A stretch of DNA of 20,955 bases from Candidatus Eiseniibacteriota bacterium (lineage in GTDB: Bacteria; Eisenbacteria; RBG-16-71-46), in NCBI GenBank assembly GCA_044222065.1, contig JBGAOA010000071.1:1-20955 (forward strand), given 5' to 3'. The position numbers were made by a program, and so were the translations under genes. The notes below the pieces were generated by a model that saw only the letters and a list, made by a program, of their open reading frames with translations, was not told the origin of the DNA and ran no database searches. Positions 1 to 11,021 of this stretch are shown here, piece after piece. The number at the start of each line of letters is the position of its first letter. Positions within the stretch are counted from its first letter, which is position 1.

Positions 1-1178
1 CTGCTCGGCGATCCGCTCGAGCGTGTCGCCCGAGGCGCTCTTGAATTGCGCGAGCCGGTTGAGGCTCGCGAGCCGCCCCTCGGCCTGCGACACGAACGCC
101 GACGACGGCTGCTGCTCGCGCACGCGCGGGTACTCGGCGCGCGCGCGCTCGAAGTCGTCGCCGACGGTTTCGTAGGCGGAGGCGACGCGGTACTGCGCCT
201 CGGCGCCGAGCGAGGTCTTCGGATAGGCATCGAGCACGCGCTGGTAACTCGCGAGCGCGGACGGCAGGTCGCCCGCGCGCACCTGCACGCCGCCGATCCG
301 CATCGTGAGCCGGCCCCAGCGCTCGTCCTCGGGACGCATCGGCGGGATCGGGCGCCCTCCGGTCGTGTCGGGCCGCGCGGGCTCCTTCTCGTGCGACAGC
401 GCGCCGCGCAACAGGCCGAGCGCCTCGTCGTACTGACGGCCCGCCTCGAGGCAGTCGGACTCCTCGAGCAGGAAGTCGAGACGCTGCTGGTCGTCGGGAG
501 CGTGCGCGCCCATGTAGCGGTAGTCCTCGCGCGCCTTCGCGAAGTCGCCCTGCGCGAACAGCGCCTCGGCGCGCGCGAGCCGCGCGCGCGTGACGAGTTC
601 GCTCTTCGGGAACTGCTCGAGCACGCGCCCCGCCGCCTCGGCGGCCTTCGCGGGCTGGTCGAGCGACATGAGCGCTCGGGCGCGCTCGAGGTGCGCGTAC
701 GGCGCGAGCGCGTGCTTCGGCGAATCCTCGAGGAACGCGTTCAGCGCGAACACCGCGTCGGCGTAGCGCCGCGCCTGGCGGTTCGCGACGCCGAGGTAGA
801 AGCGCGCCTCGGGCGTCGCCGGGCTGTTCGGATAGCGGGTCGTGAACTCGCGCAGCATCTCGACGGTCTTCAGCGGATCGTCCTTGCCGAGCAGCGAGCG
901 CGCCCACAGCAGGTAGGCGTCGTCCACCCACTTCGACTTCGGGTAGTTCGCGATCAGCTTCTTCGAGTAATCGATCGCCTTCTGGAAGTTCTGCGCCCCG
1001 CCCGTATTCGCGACGCGCTGCGCGTTCCCGGCGTCCACGAGGTACGGCGCGCCGTCGGTCGCGCGGAAGTAGTACTTCCGGGCGAGGTAGAACGTGTTGT
1101 AGTAGGCGCACGAATTCGCGAGGCCGGCGAGCGCGAGCAGCGCCGCGAGCCGGGCGAGCGCGGCGCGAGCGCGCGGAC

Positions 1179-1182
<4 letters not shown>
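1..1182 (-). CDS. Tetratricopeptide-repeat lipoprotein (BamD/CpoB- or PorW/SprE-like), 3' end outside window
   Basis: Not in the ORF track, presumably because the frame runs off the window edge. Manual translation of the N-terminal part from GTG at 1182 (GTGA overlap with the carB stop): [38 protein letters not shown]...[30 protein letters not shown]...[20 protein letters not shown]. This shows a signal peptide with lipobox-like LANSC and repeated YPxS...A.(F/Y).LG TPR motifs. Confidence 0.85.
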
Positions 1183-4390
<3,208 letters not shown>

Positions 4391-4391
<1 letters not shown>

Positions 4392-5533
4392 CAGCGCGCT
4401 CCCACGGTGGCGCCGCGCTTCTCGATCAGCTCCCGGAACGCGCGGAACCACGGCCGCGAGTCGTGCGGCCCGGGCGCGGCCTCGGGGTGGTACTGGCACG
4501 CGAGCACGGGCAGCGAGCGGTGCACCATGCCCTCGAGCGTGCCGTCGTTCCCGCTGAAGTGCGTCAGCTCGAACTCGCCCTTCGGCAGCGTGTCCGCGTC
4601 CACCATGAAGCCGTGGTTCTGGCTCGTGACTTCGACGACGCCGCTGCGCCGGTCGATCACGGGGTGGTTCGCGCCGCGGTGGCCGAACTTGAGCTTGCGC
4701 GTGCGCGCGCCGAACGCGAGTCCGATCAGCTGGTGGCCGAGGCAGATGCCGAACGTCGGCACCGCGTGCGCGACGACGCGCGTCGCCTCGATCGCGAACG
4801 CGAGCGGCTCGGGATCGCCGGGGCCGTTCGACAGGAACACGCCCGCGGGCTCCATCGCGAGCACGTCCCGCGGGTTCGTGCGCGCGGGAACGACGCGCAC
4901 GCGGAAGCCCTCGGCGCGCAGCCGGCGCAGGATGTTCCACTTGATGCCGAAGTCGTAGGCGACGACGAGCGGCTTCGCGGCGTCCTCGGCCGGGCACGCG
5001 TCGGCGGGCCCGCCGGGCCCCCACCAGAAGGCCTCCGTGCACGTGACGAGGTCGGCGAGCGCGAGGCCGAGCATGCTCGGGCTCTTGCGCGCCTTCTCGA
5101 CGAGTGAATCGGCATCGAGGTCGGTGGCCGAGAGGCAGCCGCGCATCGTGCCGCGGTCGCGCAGGTGGCGCGTGAGCGCACGCGTGTCGATGCCGCACAG
5201 CCCCGGGACGCCGCGCGCTTCGAGCAGGTCCTCGAGCCGGCCGGTCGAGCGCCAGTTGCTCGGCTGGTCGCACACTTCGCGGCACACGAGCGCCTGCGCC
5301 TTCAGGCCGCCGGACTCCCAGTCCTCGTCGTTCACGCCGTAGTTGCCGATCAGCGGATACGTGAACGTGACGAGCTGGCCGCAGTAGGACGGATCCGAGA
5401 GCACTTCCTGGTACCCCGACATCGCGGTGTTGAACACCACCTCGCCGGTGGTCTCGGTCGCGGCGCCGAACGACTCGCCGCGGAAGATGCGTCCGTCTTC
5501 GAGGGCCAGGATGGCCGGAGGCCTGCGCGTCAT
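4391..5533 (-). CDS. carA: Carbamoyl-phosphate synthase small (glutaminase) subunit
   Basis: [29 protein letters not shown], catalytic GICLGHQ, TSQNHGF and [12 protein letters not shown] motifs. Confidence 0.98.
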
Positions 5534-5618
5534 CGCGTGATGAATTCTCCTCGTGCGGGCGGGGTGACTCCGGGGCGCGCGCGGAGGTCGGCCGCGCCCG
5601 CACGCCCGGAGCGGGACT

Positions 5619-6935
5619 TCAGATTCGCGCGACGATATCGCGAATCGAGGCGTTCGCGAAGCGTTCTTCCCCGTGCGTGACGACGCCGCCGCACACGGTG
5701 AGACGCACGCGGCCGCGCACGCGCCAGCCGGCGAAGGGCGTGTTGCGCCCCTTCGAGTGGAAGGCGCCCGGATCCACGCTCCACTCGAACTCGGGCTCGA
5801 GGAGCGTGAAGTCGGCGGGCTCGCCGCGCGCGAGCGTGACGGGCGGCAGCCCGAAGACGCGCCGCGGCGCGTCGGTCCACAGTTCCAGCGCGCGCGTGAG
5901 CGAGAGGTGTCCCGGCTCGACGAGGTGCGTGATCGTCAGCGCGAGCGCGGTCTCGAGGCCCACGATGCCGAACGGCGCGGCATCGAAGGTCTGCGCCTTC
6001 TCTTCCGCCGTGTGCGGCGCGTGGTCGGTCGCGAAGCAGTCCACGGTGCCGTCCACGATCGCCCGGATCGTCGCCTCGCGGTCGCGCTCCGAGCGCAGCG
6101 GAGGGTTCATCTTCGCCGCGGTGTCGTAGTCGCCCACGGCTTCGTCGGTGAGCGTCCAGTAGTGCGGGCACGTCTCGCCCGTCACCGCCAGCCCGCGCGC
6201 CTTCGCGTCGCGCAGGCCTTCGAACGAGGCCTCGCACGAGAGGTGCGCGAGGTGGACGCGTCCGCCCGTGAGTTCGGCGAGCTCGACGTCGCGCCGCACC
6301 ATCACGCTCTCGGCCGCGGCCGGGATGCCTCGCAGCCCGAGGCGCGCCGCGGTGAACCCCTCGTTCATCGCGCCCTCGCCCTTCAGCGTGAGGTCCTCTT
6401 CGTGGCAGACGATCGGCAGTCCGGTGGGCTTCGCGTATTCGAGCGCGCGCCGCATCAGGCCGGCGCTCATCACCGGGTGGCCGTCGTCCGACAGCGCGAC
6501 CGCCCCCGCGGCCCTGAGCGCGTGGGCCTCGGCGAGCTGCTGGCCCTTCTGCCCCATCGTGAGCGCGGCGATCGGATGCACGCGGCAGTGGCCCGAGGCG
6601 CGCGCGCGCGCCTTCACCCACTCGAGCCACGCGACGTCGTCCACGACCGGGTTCGTGTTCGGCATGCAGGCGACGTCGGTGAAGCCGCCCGCGGCCGCGG
6701 CGCGCGTGCCGGTCTCGATCGTCTCCTTCGCGCCCTGGCCCGGCTCGCGCAGGTGCACGTGCAGGTCCACGAGTCCGGGCGCGAGCACGAGTCCGTCGGC
6801 GTCGAACTCGTGCTCGGCGCGCTCGGCGATGCGCGGCGCGACGGCGAGCACGCGGCCGCCGATCCACATCAGGTCCACGCGTTCGCCGGTGCGCCAGTGC
6901 GTCGCGCCGCGCAGGATGCCGGCGCCGGGGCTCAC
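5619..6935 (-). CDS. pyrC: Dihydroorotase (long, type I)
   Basis: GTG start at 6935 overlaps the pyrB stop (GTGA). Motifs PGLVDLHVHLREPG, MPNTNP, KMNPPLR, ATDHAPH, SKGRNTPF; metal ligands and catalytic Asp appear intact. Confidence 0.96.
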   Translation of the reverse strand: MSPGAGILRGATHWRTGERVDLMWIGGRVLAVAPRIAERAEHEFDADGLVLAPGLVDLHVHLREPGQGAKETIETGTRAAAAGGFTDVACMPNTNPVVDDVAWLEWVKARARASGHCRVHPIAALTMGQKGQQLAEAHALRAAGAVALSDDGHPVMSAGLMRRALEYAKPTGLPIVCHEEDLTLKGEGAMNEGFTAARLGLRGIPAAAESVMVRRDVELAELTGGRVHLAHLSCEASFEGLRDAKARGLAVTGETCPHYWTLTDEAVGDYDTAAKMNPPLRSERDREATIRAIVDGTVDCFATDHAPHTAEEKAQTFDAAPFGIVGLETALALTITHLVEPGHLSLTRALELWTDAPRRVFGLPPVTLARGEPADFTLLEPEFEWSVDPGAFHSKGRNTPFAGWRVRGRVRLTVCGGVVTHGEERFANASIRDIVARI

Positions 6936-7924
6936 GCGGCCTCCCGCACCCGCGCGTCGGCGCAGCGCGCGAGCACGGCGCAGCGGACGGCGACGCCGTT
7001 CTCGACCTGGTCGAGGATCACCGAGCGAGGACCGTCGGCGACGTCGCTCGCGATTTCCACGTTGCGGTTCATCGGCCCGGGGTGCAGCACGGGCGCCTCG
7101 GGCTTCATGAGTGCGACGCGCGGCGCCGTCACGCCCCAGCGGCGGGCGTACTCGCCGAGCGAGGGCAGGAGGCCCGAGTCCATGCGCTCCTTCTGCAGCC
7201 GGAGCGCCATCACGCCGTCCGCCCCGGCCAGCGCTTCCTCCACCGAAGGGGCCATTTCGGCGCCCAGCGCCTCGACGTCGGACGGCATGAGCGTCGGGGG
7301 ACCGCACACCGTGACGGAGGCGCCGAGCGCCGTGAGTCCGTGAATCGCCGAGCGCGCGACGCGCGAGTGCGCGACGTCGCCGACGATCGCGAGGCGCCGG
7401 CCCTCGAAGCGGCCGGCCCACGCGTCCCGCAGGGTCATCAGGTCGAGCAGCCCCTGCGTCGGGTGCTCGTGCATGCCATCGCCCGCGTTCACGATGCCGG
7501 CCTCGAGCCGCCCGGCGAGGTGCCGGGGGGCGCCGGAGGACGCGTGGCGGATCACGATCAGGTCCACGCGCATCGCCTCGATCACGGCGAGCGTGTCGAG
7601 CAGCGTCTCGCCCTTCGAGACCGACGAGCCGCCGGCGCCGAAGGACACGCACGTCGCTCCGAGCCGTCGCGCCGCGAGTTCGAACGACACGCGCGTGCGC
7701 GTCGAGTCCTCGAAGAACGCGAGGCACACGCTCACGCCGCGCAGGCGCTCGCACGGCAGTTCGCGGCGGCGCGTGCGTTCGCGCCACTCGCGCGCCTCGT
7801 CGAGCAGCTCGAGGATCGTCTCGGGCGGCGTACCTTCGAGACCGAGCAGGTCTCTCGTGCGGTGGGCAACAAAAAGCCCCGCGCCATTCGGCGACGGGGT
7901 GACGGGCACGTCGGTGAGGCTCAT
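6932..7924 (-). CDS. pyrB: Aspartate carbamoyltransferase catalytic subunit
   Basis: FFEDSTRTRVSFE, SSVSKGETLLDT, NAGDGMHEHPTQGLLD, HPGPMNRNVEI motifs; SD GGGAGG upstream of the ATG. Confidence 0.98.
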   Translation of the reverse strand: MSLTDVPVTPSPNGAGLFVAHRTRDLLGLEGTPPETILELLDEAREWRERTRRRELPCERLRGVSVCLAFFEDSTRTRVSFELAARRLGATCVSFGAGGSSVSKGETLLDTLAVIEAMRVDLIVIRHASSGAPRHLAGRLEAGIVNAGDGMHEHPTQGLLDLMTLRDAWAGRFEGRRLAIVGDVAHSRVARSAIHGLTALGASVTVCGPPTLMPSDVEALGAEMAPSVEEALAGADGVMALRLQKERMDSGLLPSLGEYARRWGVTAPRVALMKPEAPVLHPGPMNRNVEIASDVADGPRSVILDQVENGVAVRCAVLARCADARVREAA

Positions 7925-7928
7925 CGGA

Positions 7929-7967
7929 TCCTCCCTTTGCCGGCTCTCGGGTCGGCGATTAAAGGAT
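7929..7967 (-). promoter_or_regulatory. PyrR-binding-site-like RNA hairpin in the pyrB leader, overlapping the SD
   Basis: Minus strand reads UCCUUUAAUCGCCGAC-CCGAGA-GCCGGCAAAGGGAGGAUCCG-AUG. It has a lower stem CCUUU/AAAGG, the CUUUAA motif, an upper stem GCCG/CGGC and a CNGNGA hexaloop, as in PyrR binding loops. Confidence 0.7.
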
Positions 7968-7993
7968 GCAGGTGAGGCGTTGCGTCGGGCCGG

Positions 7994-8023
7994 AATCTAG
8001 TCGAGGCCGCGTTGCCGGCGCAA
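7994..8023 (-). promoter_or_regulatory. Putative sigma70-type promoter of the pyr operon
   Basis: Minus strand TTGCGC (8023-8018) - 18 nt - TAGATT (7999-7994), about 60 nt upstream of pyrB and just upstream of the PyrR-like hairpin. Confidence 0.5.
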
Positions 8024-8498
8024 GGCGGCCGCAGGCGCCGCGCGAAATGCTCGGACGGGCCCCTTCGAAGACACGGCGGCCCCGGCGGGCGTGCGATCGT
8101 TCTGGTCCGCGCGGAGAGGGCTGCGCACGCGGCGTCCGAGCCGCCGATCGCGACGCCCCGAGCGGGCGAAACGGGCGTTCGCGAGCCGGAGGCTCGCCCT
8201 CGGGTCCGCCGGGATGGCCTCGGCAGTCCGATCGTGCGAGCCCGAGGCGCGACGGACCGGCGCTACTCGAATGCGCTTGACGCGATATTCGCTCGCGCGT
8301 CGCGAAGGTCGCGAGGGCGCGTGCGCGTTCGCTCCACGATGCGGACGCTGCGCGGCGCGCGCATGAAAGCAACGCACGCTCGCGCGATGTCTCGACGCGC
8401 GACGATCGCGCGACTGGGCCCGCGCACGGCCCTCGAAATCGCTCGTGCTATGAAGAGCGCGCAGCCCCCGCGTGATCCGCCCCCGGCGGAGTTGCGTC

Positions 8499-9731
8499 GT
8501 GATTCGCTACTCGTTGACCCACGTCGCCGACGATTCGCTCCTGACCTCGCTGCGCACGCTCGTCACCCGCGAGCGCATGACGACGGCCGAGCTGCTCGCG
8601 CACCTCGCCGAAGTGGACGCCCGGAAGCTCTTCGTGCCGCTCGCGTGCACTTCGATGCACGCCTACTGCGTCCGCGAGCTGGGCTTCTCGGAGGATGAAG
8701 CGTTCAAGCGCATCCAGGTCGCGCGAGCGGGGCGTGAGTTCCCGCCCATCTTCGAAATGCTGGCGAACGGCGCGCTCAGCTTCACGGCCGCGCTGAAGCT
8801 GGCGCCGCATCTCACGCCTGCCAACGCCGACGAACTCCTGCGTGAGGCTTCCGGCCGCACCAAGGAAGAGATCGCGAGGCTGCTCGCGCAGCGCTTCCCG
8901 CGCCGCGACGTGCCGGCGTTCGTGAAGCCGCTCGGCGCGACGCAAAGCGGCAACGAACTGGTTCCGGAACCAGTTGATACCTCGAATCGCGTTCAAGCTC
9001 CCGGCCCCGCCGACTGCGCTGCGCCATCCCGCACGACGCCCCTCGCCCCGGAGCGCTTCGCGCTTCAAGTCACGATCTCGGGCGACACGCGGCGCAAACT
9101 CGAACGTGCGCGCGAACTCTTGAGCCACGCGATCCCCGACAAGAACGTCGCGCAGGTGCTCGATCGCGCGCTCGACGCGCTGATCGCGCAGCACGAGAAG
9201 CGGCGCTGCGCCGCGACGGAGCGCCCGGGCCGCCGCACGAGCGACGGCAAGTCGCGCGACGTGCCGGCCGAAGTGAAGCGTGCCGTGTGGGCGCGCGACG
9301 AGTCGCGTTGCACGTTCGTTGGCACGAACGGCGAGCGCTGCGACTCACGCACGCGCCTCGAACTCGATCACGTTACGCCGATCGCGAAAGGCGGCGCTTC
9401 GACCGTCGGCAATCTCCGGCTGCGCTGTCGCGCGCACAATCAGTACGAGGCCGAGCGAACTCTCGGCGAGCGCTTCATGAACACGAAGCGCGAGCGGGCC
9501 ATCGAAGCGAAGCAGAAGCGCGAAGCTCGCGAGGCACGCGAGAACGACCCCGACCAGAGCGTCATTCCGTGGCTCCGGCATCTCGGCTGCTCGCTCGAGA
9601 AGGCGCGGGCGCTGGCGGCGACGTGCGACGCGCTCGAAGGCGAGCCGGTCAAAGCGCGCCTGAAGCGCGCGCTGAGTTCGCTCGCGCCAGCCCAACCGCG
9701 AACCGCCGCAAACACGAGCGCCGCGACGTGA
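8499..9731 (+). CDS. HNH endonuclease with DUF222/13E12-like N-terminal region
   Basis: GGAG at 8488-8491 precedes GTG 8499 (alternative start 8472). N-terminus LLAHLAEVDARKLF...SMHAYCVRELGFSEDEAFKRIQVARA; HNH module RDESRCTF...RC...LELDHVTPIAKGGASTVGNLRLRCRAHN. Confidence 0.88.
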   Translation: MIRYSLTHVADDSLLTSLRTLVTRERMTTAELLAHLAEVDARKLFVPLACTSMHAYCVRELGFSEDEAFKRIQVARAGREFPPIFEMLANGALSFTAALKLAPHLTPANADELLREASGRTKEEIARLLAQRFPRRDVPAFVKPLGATQSGNELVPEPVDTSNRVQAPGPADCAAPSRTTPLAPERFALQVTISGDTRRKLERARELLSHAIPDKNVAQVLDRALDALIAQHEKRRCAATERPGRRTSDGKSRDVPAEVKRAVWARDESRCTFVGTNGERCDSRTRLELDHVTPIAKGGASTVGNLRLRCRAHNQYEAERTLGERFMNTKRERAIEAKQKREAREARENDPDQSVIPWLRHLGCSLEKARALAATCDALEGEPVKARLKRALSSLAPAQPRTAANTSAAT

Positions 9732-9767
9732 GCCGCGGCGCGGGGCGAATCCGGGGGCGCTACGAAG

Positions 9768-9965
9768 TCACTTGCGCGGCGGAAGGCTCGAAGCGTCCTT
9801 CAGGTTCGGCGTCGCGACCTGCGTGCCCGTCCACGCGACCTGCATCACGACTCCGCAGCGCGGGCATTCGAACTTCGCGTTCGCGCCCTCTTCGGCCGTC
9901 GGCATCCAGCGGTCCATCTTGGTCTGGCAGCCGGGCGTGTAGCACAGGTAGACGCAGAGCGGCAT
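9768..9965 (-). CDS. Small zinc-ribbon protein (FmdB-like cysteine pattern), 65 aa
   Basis: SD GGAG 7 nt before the ATG; MPLCVYLCYTPGC...FECPRCG; GC3-rich codon use; fits the gap between neighbouring genes. Confidence 0.7.
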   Translation of the reverse strand: MPLCVYLCYTPGCQTKMDRWMPTAEEGANAKFECPRCGVVMQVAWTGTQVATPNLKDASSLPPRK

Positions 9966-9992
9966 CGGTCACTCCATCGCGCGTTCGGCGCG

Positions 9993-11021
9993 TCAGTCGT
10001 CGTTCGATTCGTCGAGCGTCAGCTCGTGGAGCGTGACGCCCTCGGCGTCGGGCGAGAACTTGAGCACGTGCTCGCCGCCGCCGATCGCGACGCGGTACGC
10101 GCGCGTGCCGTCGAGTTCGACGTACGTCGCTCCGCTCGCGTCGCGCTTCACGTCCTCCCCCGCCGCTTCGGGCGGGAGCCACGCGTCGTCGCGCAGGATC
10201 CAGAGCTTTGCCGTCGTTCCCGCCAGCGGACTCGCGACCACGCCGACGCGGGCCGCATGATAGCGAAACACGAGGTAGTTCGCCGCCCCGGCACGCGCGG
10301 CGACGAGTCCGCCGACCGAAGGCGTCCAGCGGCCGGACGGGATCGGCACCTCGCGCGGGCCCTCCTCCTGCGGGCGCAGTTGCCACGCGAAGACCTGTGG
10401 AAGTCCGGCGACCGCGGTCGCGAGCGGGCCTTCGCGCACCTTGCCGGCGGCGAGCGGCACGCGGCGCAGCGACGCTCGAGGCGAGGCGCCGGCGAGCGCG
10501 CCCGGAGAGGCGCCTTCGATCGCCGCCTGGATCGCCGCGTCCGCGCGCGAAAGTCCGGCAAGTCCGAAGCCGCGCGCCGCCGGCCGGCCGTCGCGCGCGA
10601 ACACGCGCACCTCGGTCTCGGCCGGCGCCGCCTCGGCGAGCGTCGCGACGGCGCCCAGGTACCCAAGCCGCCGCACCTCGCGCGTCACCGCCGACGTGTC
10701 GGCCGCCCACGTCGCGGGCTCGGTGTGCTCGGCGACGAACTGCACGCCGAGCGGCGCGTACGCCGCGCGCAGCGTCTCGAGCTTCGCGAGGAACGCGTGC
10801 GCGCGCGGATCCGCGATCGTCCAGCGCGCGACGACCACGATGCGCCCCGTGAGCGAATCGGCCGCGAGCGGCGCCCCCGCGATCCACGTCACGTGCGCGA
10901 GTTCGTCGGCGAGCGGCGCGTCCGCCGGCGCCGGCGGCGACGTGCGCCCGCCGCACGACACGAGCGCGAGCGCGGTAGCGGCGACGGCCGCGAGCGCGAT
11001 GCGCCTGCGCGCGGTGCTCAA
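9993..11021 (-). CDS. Lipoprotein with degenerate thioredoxin-like (TlpA/DipZ) domain plus DipZ C-terminal-like beta domain
   Basis: TTG start at 11021 overlaps the upstream stop (TTGA). Signal peptide ends in lipobox LVSC. WIAGAPLAADSLTGRIVVVARWT...LETLRAAYAPLGVQFVAEH resembles DipZ Trx; GRWT...LVFRYHAARVGVV...YVELDGTRAYRV...HVLKF resembles the DipZ C-domain. Confidence 0.65.
   Translation of the reverse strand: MSTARRRIALAAVAATALALVSCGGRTSPPAPADAPLADELAHVTWIAGAPLAADSLTGRIVVVARWTIADPRAHAFLAKLETLRAAYAPLGVQFVAEHTEPATWAADTSAVTREVRRLGYLGAVATLAEAAPAETEVRVFARDGRPAARGFGLAGLSRADAAIQAAIEGASPGALAGASPRASLRRVPLAAGKVREGPLATAVAGLPQVFAWQLRPQEEGPREVPIPSGRWTPSVGGLVAARAGAANYLVFRYHAARVGVVASPLAGTTAKLWILRDDAWLPPEAAGEDVKRDASGATYVELDGTRAYRVAIGGGEHVLKFSPDAEGVTLHELTLDESNDD

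Noticed and set aside
4392..5603. Apparent N-terminal extension or fusion of CarB (also the extensions of pyrC, moaA, TonB, the DipZ-like gene, murB and the flavin reductase ORFs)
   Set aside because: The extensions overlap neighbouring real genes in other frames; most true starts are marked by an SD or a stop/start overlap, the rest by where family similarity begins.
7959..8698. Short ORFs in the pyrB-HNH intergenic region
   Set aside because: Low-complexity Arg/Pro/Ala translations with no convincing SD or motif; treated as non-coding.
8499..9731. IscB/Cas9 or IS transposase identity for the HNH gene; CRISPR array
   Set aside because: No PLMP or split RuvC motifs, no DDE or Y1 motifs, and no terminal inverted repeats or repeat-spacer array seen in the window.
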